Program-made: the position numbers and the translations under genes | Origin: a virus | Lineage: Duplodnaviria > Caudoviricetes | DNA: 61,390 nt | Direction: 5' to 3' (one strand) | Virus record (IMG/VR): IMGVR_UViG_3300028608_000016 | Coordinates: 1 to 61,390 of that record | Notes under the pieces: model-generated | The model's input: the letters and a program-made list of their open reading frames with translations, nothing else | Told to the model about the DNA's origin: nothing | The model's database searches: none | Shown here: one piece after another, positions 1 through 8,385 of the stretch | Position numbering within the stretch: the first letter of the stretch is position 1 | Layout: every line of letters begins with the position of its first letter

Positions 1-1627
1 TTTCCACCCACATGCGCTGAATCTCTTTAAAGAATTCAGGGTCATCTTTCATCGCCAGCATTGCCCAAGTGCCGATTGCGATATGGTCGCCGTCTTCGAA
101 GAAGTGAACGAGCAAACCGCGTTTGTATTTCAGGTCAAGGCTTTCCGGCTTGCTGACCGTCGCCATTACGCGGTAAATGTGATCTGCGTTCTTGATCGGC
201 TGTTTGTCGTACAGTTCGGAAGTGCGTTGGATGTTTGCCCACAGCCAGATCAAACCTTTCAGCGGTGGGTATTTTTCCAAATCGGCTTTGGAGAATTTGA
301 TCCAACCTTTGAAATAGTTTTCGACCAAGGTTACGAGGTCGTCCATATCCAGATCGGAATCGTACATATCAAACTTTTCGAGAAACGCGGCGCTGTATTC
401 CGGCCCGATAAACGTGTGGTTACGCAGGCTGTTGGCGGTACGGAATTCGTGAACCTGTTTCTTTTTGACCGCTTGCATGGCTTTGCGCAAAGTTGGCGAA
501 CGGAACAAATCGTTTAGCAGTGGGCGCAGAGAGCCATGTGCAAACGAATCGTAAAACCCTTGCGCGGCTTCCGGGTTACTGCCGATAACACGGCCCACTT
601 GTTTTAAGTTGGTTTTTGTCTGTTTGCTATAGGCAATATCGCTACACACGTCGTGCATGACTTCGTGCCACATATCGCGCTTGTCGGAGTCTTCGGCGTC
701 ACCAACCTGTTCGCGTTTTTCTTTTGCAATGCGCCACGCCACATAGTTTGCAGCAAGTTCGGGTTGTTCTTCAAGAATTCCAGAAACGCCACCACCTTCC
801 CAGTCAGTACCCGACTGTTCGGAACCACTATCGGAAGTTTTGTAATCGTGACTTGGCGAAATGCTGTCGTCGTACAGCCCCTTCACCATTTTGTAGAAAC
901 CGGGCGGCACGTCTTTATTCAGGCGGCGCAGGAAACGATTGAGAGTTTGATCGAAACCGGGAACCGGGTTGCCGTACACCGAAGTTTCGCGACGATACAA
1001 AACGGTGCCGCTATCGTTTACGAAAGGTTTGAGCAGGCAGCGGCAAAGCGGTTGGTTGATGTTGGTGTCGTCGCCTTTGATTGCGTAAACAACCAACGTA
1101 CCTTCGGCCACGTCTTTTTCAACGTACTGGTAATTGGAACCGTTGCGTTTGCCCGGACGATCATCGGCCAGACGCATGCAGGAAGTTTGGTCCCAATCGC
1201 GCCCGGTGCTCATGCCGATAATGTCGTATGGGTGGCACGACACGACCATCATGATTTTGGTGGCGTTTGAGTTTTGCAGTTGCGGATCGTTGTCGAAAGC
1301 CGCTTTCGCAATTGGGTCTTTGCTAATGACCTTGCCGATGTTGAAGAAGTTTTTCTGTTCTTTGTCCGAAATCTTGACGCATTTCTTTGCCAGATAATCG
1401 GAGACGCGGTAGCCTGCAACTTTCAACGCGTGACGCACGGCATGCGGAACAGTCAGTGTTTTGGTGTGGGCGCTTTCACCCATCGGAATGTACAGGCGGT
1501 AATCTTTCGAACCCTTCGGCATCACTTTGCGCAGAAGTTTTACGCCCGGACCATTCTTGTTCCAGTCCCGACGATATTTCAATGCCGTTTTCATCGAGAC
1601 GACGGCAAGGCTGATGTGCTTTTTCAT
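1..1627 (-). CDS. Hypothetical phage protein, 3'-truncated by the window edge (>540 aa)
   Basis: Read by hand because it is absent from the ORF track (no stop in window). ATG at 1627 gives MKKHISLAVVSMKTALKYRRDW..., open to the edge. Contains a conserved-looking motif SCHPYDIIGMSTGRDWDQTSCM and the N-terminal ISLA tag. Confidence 0.85.
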   Translation of the reverse strand, partial: MKKHISLAVVSMKTALKYRRDWNKNGPGVKLLRKVMPKGSKDYRLYIPMGESAHTKTLTVPHAVRHALKVAGYRVSDYLAKKCVKISDKEQKNFFNIGKVISKDPIAKAAFDNDPQLQNSNATKIMMVVSCHPYDIIGMSTGRDWDQTSCMRLADDRPGKRNGSNYQYVEKDVAEGTLVVYAIKGDDTNINQPLCRCLLKPFVNDSGTVLYRRETSVYGNPVPGFDQTLNRFLRRLNKDVPPGFYKMVKGLYDDSISPSHDYKTSDSGSEQSGTDWEGGGVSGILEEQPELAANYVAWRIAKEKREQVGDAEDSDKRDMWHEVMHDVCSDIAYSKQTKTNLKQVGRVIGSNPEAAQGFYDSFAHGSLRPLLNDLFRSPTLRKAMQAVKKKQVHEFRTANSLRNHTFIGPEYSAAFLEKFDMYDSDLDMDDLVTLVENYFKGWIKFSKADLEKYPPLKGLIWLWANIQRTSELYDKQPIKNADHIYRVMATVSKPESLDLKYKRGLLVHFFEDGDHIAIGTWAMLAMKDDPEFFKEIQRMWVE

Positions 1628-1641
1628 TTGTGAATCAAACC

Positions 1642-2022
1642 TTATGCTGTGACACCAATTGGGAAATCTGCGAGAGTCGTGCCTTCTTGGAAGCCTTCTT
1701 CGGCACGCTTCAAGAAAGCGGCGTAGGCAGCGGCCTGATCTACAGGATGGAGGAAAGTGGAATCAATGTTTTCAAGCGGGAACGGTTCGTACCATTCGCC
1801 GGTGCCATCTGCGTATTCGCAGAAAACCTCGACCGCGTAAATCACTTTGCCACGGGTGAATTTGACGGAAATGATTCGTACCTTCGGCGCAGCCTTCGCA
1901 ATGTCGGCAGGCAGATACGTGTACATGCCGATTCCGTTTTCGCCACTCGGGGCAAACAGTGCTTCGTCACCAATCTGGAAATGCGAAGGCAATCCGGTTG
2001 CCAACGAAATCATGTATCTCAT
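1642..2022 (-). CDS. Hypothetical protein (N-terminal ISLA tag)
   Basis: 126 aa ORF, ATGA overlap with the endolysin stop; begins MRYMISLAT. Confidence 0.8.
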   Translation of the reverse strand: MRYMISLATGLPSHFQIGDEALFAPSGENGIGMYTYLPADIAKAAPKVRIISVKFTRGKVIYAVEVFCEYADGTGEWYEPFPLENIDSTFLHPVDQAAAYAAFLKRAEEGFQEGTTLADFPIGVTA

Positions 2023-2501
2023 TCGAAGTGCCTCCGGTTTTTGCCTTCCACATACGACACATGCACCCAGCCGCTTTCTTCGACTTCGGTGTGGAACTCG
2101 GTTTTCAAAATGTCGAAGTCCATGTTGCGCTTGATGTAATCGTACAGTTCCTGAATCGAACCGTTCTTGGCGCGAATGTCTACGGCTTGGCCGAGCGGGT
2201 GTTGTTTGGTTTCGAGATAATCGCGCCAGCTATTTGCATCAGCAAAGTGACGGCGATTCTCTACGGTCCATTTGTAGAATGCCTGTTTGCACAGATCGCG
2301 TTCTAGGGCCGGTGCGCGATACCAACTGTGAATGTAGATGAATTCGAATTGCTGGCGCAGAGGCTCAAGCAACTTTTGTGCGAGCGCGCTAGCGTTTTTG
2401 ATTACGGCATCGGACGGGGTGTTGTCGATACCGAGGCGCTGCGCTGCATACGAATAGGCAACGTCGCGCAGATCATAGTTTGGGCTGATACGTTTGTTCA
2501 T
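2019..2501 (-). CDS. Peptidase M15A-family (Zn D-Ala-D-Ala peptidase-like) endolysin
   Basis: Start at MNKRISPNY (GAGGA RBS). Motifs LEPLR, SWYR, QHPLGQAVDI and WVHVS match the M15A H-x6-D...H zinc ligands. Lies next to holin/spanin candidates. Confidence 0.88.
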   Translation of the reverse strand: MNKRISPNYDLRDVAYSYAAQRLGIDNTPSDAVIKNASALAQKLLEPLRQQFEFIYIHSWYRAPALERDLCKQAFYKWTVENRRHFADANSWRDYLETKQHPLGQAVDIRAKNGSIQELYDYIKRNMDFDILKTEFHTEVEESGWVHVSYVEGKNRRHFE

Positions 2502-2508
2502 CGTGTCC

Positions 2509-2958
2509 TCACAAGGCAAGGCCAATGACAATCAGCGCTTGCAGAATTGCTTTTTCGATTGCGTTGTAACGACGCTCGCTGTCCAACTGATTTTGCGATT
2601 CAGTGTACAGGCGGCTATACATATTGCCACGGTCTTCCTGTTGTCGCACCAGCGTGGTCAACAGGTTGCGCTGAATGATGGTTTCGTTGTGCGCGCTTAC
2701 CAAAGTTTTCAACGCTTGGGTATTGGCTTCGGCCTGTCGGGCGTAAGTGTTTAACTGGTTCATCCCGTTCAAATCAAAACCAACGAATTCGGTTCCGTCA
2801 GTTGCAGTCACCGAAACGCCCAGTGGACGTTCCGGCAATTGCGGATCGAGCGAGACTGGTTTCAAATCTTCGAATTCTGTATGCAGAATTTCCGGCTCGC
2901 GTGGCGTGGCACAAGCTGCTAACGACGCAAGCACACAAATCAAAACCAATCGTTTCAT
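2509..2958 (-). CDS. Lipoprotein, spanin candidate (o-spanin or unimolecular spanin-like)
   Basis: Lipobox LAAC after a hydrophobic signal, a coiled-coil middle, a hydrophobic C-terminus (AILQALIVIGLAL), and a position between holin and endolysin. Confidence 0.7.
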   Translation of the reverse strand: MKRLVLICVLASLAACATPREPEILHTEFEDLKPVSLDPQLPERPLGVSVTATDGTEFVGFDLNGMNQLNTYARQAEANTQALKTLVSAHNETIIQRNLLTTLVRQQEDRGNMYSRLYTESQNQLDSERRYNAIEKAILQALIVIGLAL

Positions 2959-2960
2959 TG

Positions 2961-3380
2961 TCAGACACTCGGAGTTTGTTTTTCCTTTTCCTGCGCAACC
3001 ACATTCGAATCAATCAGATCATTGAAGTTTTGTTGATTCGAGAATTGGCTGGAGGCACGTTCCAACGCCGCTTGCACGGGAGCAGGCAGCGGCGGTTTGT
3101 TCAACATGGCATCGCAGGCAATCCCCATTGCGAAATAGGTTTGCTTGCCCAGTCCCGGTTCGATGATGATTGTGGCAATGAATGCACCAATGCCACCCAT
3201 GATCGAATAGAACGTTGCCATTTTGTTGTGAGTCCAATACTCGATTGGATCAATCTTTTCGCGTTTGCACTTCCACAGCCAGTTGACCATGACGCCCAAC
3301 ATCATGCAGATGAAGTAGGTCAGGGCCACGTCTGGCGGAACGTCAAACAATTGCGAAAGTGCTTTCCAGAGAATTTCCAT
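2961..3380 (-). CDS. Putative holin
   Basis: 139 aa with 2-3 hydrophobic segments (VALTYFICMMLGVMVNWLW; FYSIMGGIGAFIATIII) and a hydrophilic C-tail; lysis cassette context. Confidence 0.6.
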   Translation of the reverse strand: MEILWKALSQLFDVPPDVALTYFICMMLGVMVNWLWKCKREKIDPIEYWTHNKMATFYSIMGGIGAFIATIIIEPGLGKQTYFAMGIACDAMLNKPPLPAPVQAALERASSQFSNQQNFNDLIDSNVVAQEKEKQTPSV

Positions 3381-3386
3381 TTGGTG

Positions 3387-3776
3387 TTACCCGGCTTTTC
3401 TCCTGTCCATTTCGACAACCATTTTTCCCATGGCATCGAACAGGCGCAGGCGATTGAGAATGTCGTCCAGCTTGCGAATGAAAACATTCGAGCGGCTGGT
3501 GTCAGTGTTGGGATCGTTGTCTTCGTCGGCAACGTATGCCGCGTTGAAATCGCGAATCTCTTTTTTGTATTGTTCGATGGATTGGCGAATGTGTTCCGAT
3601 TTCAGCGTCAGCTTTTGCAGCCAGATGCGCTCGGCTGGTGTGGCGTTGGTGGCCGAAATATCGGGACGCATTTTGAACAACGTGTTGATGTTGCCGACGC
3701 CAATGATATGCCAAAGACTCATTTCATGATTCTGGCGGCGAACGACTGTAGCCAGTTCGGAATTGTAGTCAGACAC
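3387..3776 (-). CDS. Hypothetical protein (coiled-coil)
   Basis: 129 aa ORF overlapping the upstream gene in the operon. Confidence 0.75.
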   Translation of the reverse strand: MSDYNSELATVVRRQNHEMSLWHIIGVGNINTLFKMRPDISATNATPAERIWLQKLTLKSEHIRQSIEQYKKEIRDFNAAYVADEDNDPNTDTSRSNVFIRKLDDILNRLRLFDAMGKMVVEMDRRKAG

Positions 3777-4062
3777 GTTTGTTCCACTCCTTTAAAGCAT
3801 CTTCCAGTTTGCGGCTCTGCGAAGGGATCACAGGTTTTGCAGCCTGTACGACCGCTTCCTGTTTTTCCGCAATACTGGTGTTGGTTGATTGAATTTCGTT
3901 TGCTTTCTGGACAATCTCTTTCGACTTGTCTTCGGCAATTGCTTTGGTTGCGGCCGGTGAAGCTTCACCACGATTGCGCCATAAAACAGCGCCGATCATC
4001 AGGACCAGAGAAACAAGGCCAGCCATGATAAACGATTTGAATTGTTTGAGTTTGTCGAGCAT
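3769..4062 (-). CDS. Membrane-anchored coiled-coil protein, i-spanin candidate
   Basis: N-terminal TM (FIMAGLVSLVLMIGAVLW) followed by an Ala/Lys/Glu-rich helix; upstream of the lysis genes. Confidence 0.55.
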   Translation of the reverse strand: MLDKLKQFKSFIMAGLVSLVLMIGAVLWRNRGEASPAATKAIAEDKSKEIVQKANEIQSTNTSIAEKQEAVVQAAKPVIPSQSRKLEDALKEWNKRV

Positions 4063-4071
4063 GGCAGATAC

Positions 4072-4215
4072 CTACATTTTGTCGTCAGGAATATCGACCT
4101 GCCGTCGTTTGGAACGGTCACGCCCAAGCCGTTTCATCAGCTTGCGCATATGCGGGTCGATTACGGTTTTGGTTTCTTCACCGTCCGTTACCTTGTCTTT
4201 TACATTTACTTTCAT
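4072..4215 (-). CDS. Small basic hypothetical protein (47 aa)
   Basis: Read by hand: MKVNVKDKVTDGEETKTVIDPHMRKLMKRLGRDRSKRRQVDIPDDKM*, with a GGGGAGG RBS; fills the intergenic gap. Confidence 0.7.
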   Translation of the reverse strand: MKVNVKDKVTDGEETKTVIDPHMRKLMKRLGRDRSKRRQVDIPDDKM

Positions 4216-4238
4216 GTGGCCCTCCCCGACCGGAAACG

Positions 4239-4271
4239 AAAAAAGGGTAGAGGACTAATCCCCTACCCTTT
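4239..4271 (-). terminator. Rho-independent terminator
   Basis: Minus strand AAAGGGTAGGGGA-TTAG-TCCTCTACCCTTTTTT directly after the 4298..5362 gene. Confidence 0.85.
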
Positions 4272-4297
4272 CAAATTACCGAATTAACGCAAAAGCG

Positions 4298-5362
4298 TTA
4301 TACCTCGGTGAAGCGACCAGCAACGGAAATCACAACTTCCGCCGCCTCGGCCAGAGTTACAACCACGGTGTTTACCGAAGTAGATTCGACGGTATCAGCG
4401 GTGATAACTTGTTTGGTGGTGCGGTCGTACACGGTCACAACCGGGAACTCGTAGTTCATGTTGTGAGTGACGGTGTGAGTGGTTGCCGCAAGGGCGCCCG
4501 AGTTGTACACGAAGAACGAACTGCCAAACTGAATTTGCAGGTTGTTTACGATGGCCGCGATTGGCGCGATATCGGCTTCGGTGATGAAATCGGCAATCGA
4601 CTCAACGGTTGCGTAGGTGGCAGACAGATCACCAACTTTCAAACCGTTCGGGCCGACGGTCAGGGTAGCGCCGTCGAGTTTGATGGAAATTTCGTCGCCG
4701 GTTTTGGTGATACCGTTACCAGCGGAAACGCCAGTCAGACCGCCGAATTCAGCCCAAGTTGCACCGTCCCAACGCAGCCACGCAACAGCAGTGGTATTCC
4801 AAACCAGCGCACCGGCGCCAGCGACGGAAACGTCGTAAGCGACGGAAACGATTACGCCAGCGGCATCGACTTCGACGATATCACCAGCAGCGGCAGCAAC
4901 GCCGGTTGCGAAAGTGGTGCCGTCAACGTAAATGTAGCGACCGGCTTGGTCAACGAATTCGCTTTCCAGACCAACAACGTCGGCTTGGAAATCCAGACCG
5001 GCCAGAGCGTTTTCGATTGCGTTGGTCATCGCGGTTTGCGAAACCAGATTCTGCACGGCGTCAGCCACGTCTTGATCGGAAGCCAGACCAGCAACGGCGG
5101 CGCCGATTTCGGTAGTCACGTCTGCGGATTTCGCATACGGGAGCAGCGCGGTAGTCAGTTCGCCTTCGGTGATACCGTCAGTATCGCCCAGCGCTTGAAT
5201 GGCGGTGCCGTTGAAGAATTTCAGAATGCCTTCGGTGCCGTTTACCCACAGACGCGGGGCGGAACCGAGGGAACCCAGAGTTGGGTCAGCGGAAAGAACT
5301 TCCGGTTTCAGGTTCAGCAGTTGACCGACGACGTTCAACGAACCATTGATTTTATGTGCCAT
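4298..5362 (-). CDS. Virion structural / fibre-associated protein
   Basis: 354 aa, Ala/Gly/Thr-rich. Contains the fibre motif AGNGITKTGDEISIKLDG and a C-terminal 'HTVTHNM..PVVTVYD' domain. Strongly biased codon usage and its own terminator suggest high expression. Confidence 0.7.
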   Translation of the reverse strand: MAHKINGSLNVVGQLLNLKPEVLSADPTLGSLGSAPRLWVNGTEGILKFFNGTAIQALGDTDGITEGELTTALLPYAKSADVTTEIGAAVAGLASDQDVADAVQNLVSQTAMTNAIENALAGLDFQADVVGLESEFVDQAGRYIYVDGTTFATGVAAAAGDIVEVDAAGVIVSVAYDVSVAGAGALVWNTTAVAWLRWDGATWAEFGGLTGVSAGNGITKTGDEISIKLDGATLTVGPNGLKVGDLSATYATVESIADFITEADIAPIAAIVNNLQIQFGSSFFVYNSGALAATTHTVTHNMNYEFPVVTVYDRTTKQVITADTVESTSVNTVVVTLAEAAEVVISVAGRFTEV

Positions 5363-5382
5363 GTGAGAAGCTCCTTAGCTTT

Positions 5383-6225
5383 TCAGTTTACGATCAGTGT
5401 TGGTGGAACCGAGATGATTTCCAAAAGGACAATCTCCTCGTCTTGCAGTTGTCTCAAGAGAGAAGCCAGTGGTTCCTCCCCTTCAATGACTCCCTCCGTA
5501 AAGGAAATTACCTCACTGCTATAGTTTTTAATTGCGATGGGCAATTTCCCGCAAGATACCCGAAGGTATTGTCGGATTCGTTCACGCAACAGAAAAATTC
5601 CTGTCGCTTTGTAGTAGGCGAGCGCGAAGTTGTCCACATACGCCACAAGGCGGTTGGTGTTGCTGCGGTTCTCCGTACATTGCTCGACTACAAAATTCGA
5701 TCCCAACAGGCAATCAATCTCGTACAGTTCGTACATGGTCGATTGCAACATCGTGACTAGAGCGTTGATGATAAGCGGGTAAGCCTCAAGCTGAGATTCG
5801 CCAGTCGCTTTTCTAACTTGTAACACGAACGCATTTCGAGTTTCGGTATGTGCTTCCTGCCAAACTGAAATGAACTTGGGAACGAACACGTCCGTGTGAA
5901 TATCGAAAATATTGCAATGTGTCCGGTGGATTTTGTCAATGCGCTCAACAACCACATTGATTTCATTCTCGCCGATCACAGGCTTGTTCAACATCAGGTA
6001 TTCAACTTCGGAAGCCCAAAGGCTAAAGCTGTTGAATAAAAGCAAAAGCGATTCTCGCGCTACTTCACTGAACTGGTTTTTCTCCAGAATCAGGTCATTC
6101 AGCATGAACGCCTTGGAGTTGTAGAAATACTCCAAGGACTTCGCCGCTACGGAACGAAACCGTATGTTGTTTTGAACGAAAGCCACTGGTGTGTCCTCAA
6201 ATGCCGCGTGCCGGGTTATGGGCAT
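5383..6225 (-). CDS. Hypothetical soluble, mostly helical protein
   Basis: 280 aa ORF overlapping the upstream membrane-protein gene; His cluster (IHRTH...IH...EAH). Confidence 0.75.
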   Translation of the reverse strand: MPITRHAAFEDTPVAFVQNNIRFRSVAAKSLEYFYNSKAFMLNDLILEKNQFSEVARESLLLLFNSFSLWASEVEYLMLNKPVIGENEINVVVERIDKIHRTHCNIFDIHTDVFVPKFISVWQEAHTETRNAFVLQVRKATGESQLEAYPLIINALVTMLQSTMYELYEIDCLLGSNFVVEQCTENRSNTNRLVAYVDNFALAYYKATGIFLLRERIRQYLRVSCGKLPIAIKNYSSEVISFTEGVIEGEEPLASLLRQLQDEEIVLLEIISVPPTLIVN

Positions 6226-6682
6226 GTGACATAGTTAGACCAAGAATCACGCCGCTTACTTGGCTCTGTTTGTCATTGATTTCAGAAATGATTCGAACAA
6301 TCCGTTCCAGTTCGCGATTCATTTCATCATCAGCCCGAGTTGTTTTTGTCTGCACTTCCGCTACAAGTGTTTGAATCTCTCGCAATGCTTTGTGCAGGGA
6401 TTGCTGTTGCTCCGCAAGTTTTGGCAGAAGTTCAACGCTGAGGCCAGACGCTTGGTCTTGGCACAGCTTTTTTATTTCGGCAAGGGCGGCAAGAACAGCC
6501 GCATTGTTGGAAAGCTCGCCGGTTAATTCATCGTTCTTTTTCCGGAGAGCAGCGTGGTCGCTTACCAGCGGTAAAACGAAAAAGTAATATCCCGCGCCCA
6601 TCATGATCGCAATGATGATCGCAACTGCCGAAGGCAGGGGACCGGACAGCAAACCGTTTAGGAAGCCCATAATCAATTGCAC
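6197..6682 (-). CDS. Membrane-anchored coiled-coil protein
   Basis: TM segment AVAIIIAIMMGAGYYFFVLPLV followed by about 110 aa of heptad coiled coil. Confidence 0.75.
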   Translation of the reverse strand: MQLIMGFLNGLLSGPLPSAVAIIIAIMMGAGYYFFVLPLVSDHAALRKKNDELTGELSNNAAVLAALAEIKKLCQDQASGLSVELLPKLAEQQQSLHKALREIQTLVAEVQTKTTRADDEMNRELERIVRIISEINDKQSQVSGVILGLTMSHAHNPARGI

Positions 6683-6951
6683 CTGTCGTTGCTTGGGCTT
6701 ATCTTAATGACCTTACCTTGTGGCTCCGCAATGATTGTAATCTTTGCCATTCGCGGTTCCGACAAAACGCACGCATCGCCTGCACCCGGCAGTACGGTGC
6801 AAACTGCTTTGATACAGTCTACATATTCCCGCACTACCGGATTAGGCTTTGTGTTTGACGAATATCGAAAAAACGCAAACAGCAGACAGGCCAAGATTAT
6901 CAGAAGAATCGTGCGGCTAGTCCGAAGGTGCGATGACACGATAAAATTCAC
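6673..6951 (-). CDS. Small membrane protein with Cys-containing C-terminal domain
   Basis: GTG start; TM ILLIILACLLFAFF followed by four Cys; overlaps both neighbours. Confidence 0.6.
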   Translation of the reverse strand: MNFIVSSHLRTSRTILLIILACLLFAFFRYSSNTKPNPVVREYVDCIKAVCTVLPGAGDACVLSEPRMAKITIIAEPQGKVIKISPSNDRCN

Positions 6952-7711
6952 CCATGTGAGAAGCGTATTTGTCTGTCATTCCCAGTTGTTTCAGCCGGGG
7001 GAATGAGGCACACACGCTAGCGGTTGTGGTTCCCTCTACAAGCAGATTGGAAACTTCTTCCGGAACCGGACCAACCGCGAAAGCCGTTTTAAAGCCAGCG
7101 TGGCAAATGCCAACGTCAACGTGCTTTCGGTTTACCTCCACTAAGATCGCTTCCGCGTCAAAGTAGGAGAGGGTCTGATTCAGGTGATCTGTGAAGTTGA
7201 AAACATTTAGAAAGATGAACCCCTTTGGCTGTTCGGAAACCTGAGAGATTGTTTGTCGCAGTTCATACTCGGTGCTAACCGTGTACTCTGTTGCTTTCGG
7301 CAATTGCGCTTTGATAACGTCAGAACGTTTTCGCGCCAGAGACGAATCGCCGCTGAGAATGTAGACCGGCCCGTCAAACAATTTCTGGTTCAGCTCTATC
7401 TGAGACAGCAGAGGAACGTACTTGATATGTTTTGCTTTGAATTCAAAATTGTCACCGAGTAGCGTGGCACGATCAACGTTGTTTTCCACGACGAATCGTG
7501 AAAGGACTTCGCTAACGTCACGCTCTCGGGGATTCGGATCAAGAAAAACAACATCCTTGACGCCAATACTTTTCACCAATTGCTCACCGTACAGCAGCGT
7601 CACCGGATGCGACTGCACAACAAGATCGGTGATTGGTCGTGGTGGCAATGTGACACTACCCCACACCGTACAATGATAAATTAGGACGAAAAGAAAAAGC
7701 AAAGATCGCAT
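6917..7711 (-). CDS. Exported protein resembling a type I periplasmic-binding (ABC substrate-binding/sensor) fold
   Basis: Start at MRSLLFLFVLIYHCTVWG (TAATG overlap), which is signal-peptide-like. The beta/alpha pattern VYILSGDSSLA...YTVSTEYEL...GFIFLNVF..D resembles ABC_sub_bind-type sensor domains (by eye). Confidence 0.5.
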   Translation of the reverse strand: MRSLLFLFVLIYHCTVWGSVTLPPRPITDLVVQSHPVTLLYGEQLVKSIGVKDVVFLDPNPRERDVSEVLSRFVVENNVDRATLLGDNFEFKAKHIKYVPLLSQIELNQKLFDGPVYILSGDSSLARKRSDVIKAQLPKATEYTVSTEYELRQTISQVSEQPKGFIFLNVFNFTDHLNQTLSYFDAEAILVEVNRKHVDVGICHAGFKTAFAVGPVPEEVSNLLVEGTTTASVCASFPRLKQLGMTDKYASHMGEFYRVIAPSD

Positions 7712-8382
7712 TAAAGAACTCCTACCTCGCACAATTCCGGAAACGGGAATCGAACGATGATTGTGTTTGCGTCAATGATTTCGACTTCCGTAATCGCAAT
7801 CTCTTTTTCGACGTAAACGGAAACGCAAGGCGTGGTTGTGTTTTTGCCGTGTGCAATAACGTGCTCGATTGCGGCGGCGTTTGCAGTATATTCAAACCGA
7901 GTAGCCGGAGTGAAATCTGCCAGTTTGTCTTCAACGAATTTTTGACTCGCTGCGTATTCCGGGCCGGTCGGCTGATCGACCCAAAGTTTCAAAGCAGCAT
8001 TCAGCGTACCGCCTTCGAATTCGCCGCGAGTGTTGTGCGGGTCGTCAATGTTGGTACTGTGTTGCAGCAAATCCCAACCGGCAGGTTTTGCTTTGTCCCA
8101 ACGTTGAGGCTCCAACGCTTTTTCAACAGTGGAAATTTCCGCCCACGTATTTTTGCGTCCACCGGAAGGCGAACGAGAAGTACGCACGTACATGGTGGAG
8201 CCTTTCAACCATTTCAGATTGATTGGTGCGTCGATGGTGTACGGTTCGTTTCGGTTCCAAACTGCGACCGTGGTTTGTGCATCAATTGTGGTGCCTACGG
8301 TCAGCATGCAATCGAGGGAACCACGCGCCGCGTAAACATCGTTGAGTCGAGTGACCAAACTTTCCAAAGAAGCATACGACAT
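7711..8382 (-). CDS. Virion structural / fibre-associated protein
   Basis: Fibre motifs H..N.DDPH and P....AASQKFVE, plus the C-terminal HVIAHGK..PCVSVY domain shared with 4298..5362. Confidence 0.65.
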   Translation of the reverse strand: MSYASLESLVTRLNDVYAARGSLDCMLTVGTTIDAQTTVAVWNRNEPYTIDAPINLKWLKGSTMYVRTSRSPSGGRKNTWAEISTVEKALEPQRWDKAKPAGWDLLQHSTNIDDPHNTRGEFEGGTLNAALKLWVDQPTGPEYAASQKFVEDKLADFTPATRFEYTANAAAIEHVIAHGKNTTTPCVSVYVEKEIAITEVEIIDANTIIVRFPFPELCEVGVL

Positions 8383-8385
8383 AGT

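Noticed and set aside
2502-2531. 'MSLAL' N-terminus of the endolysin as another ISLA-tag example
   Set aside because: It derives from an upstream alternative start overlapping the spanin gene; the RBS-supported start is Met 2501.
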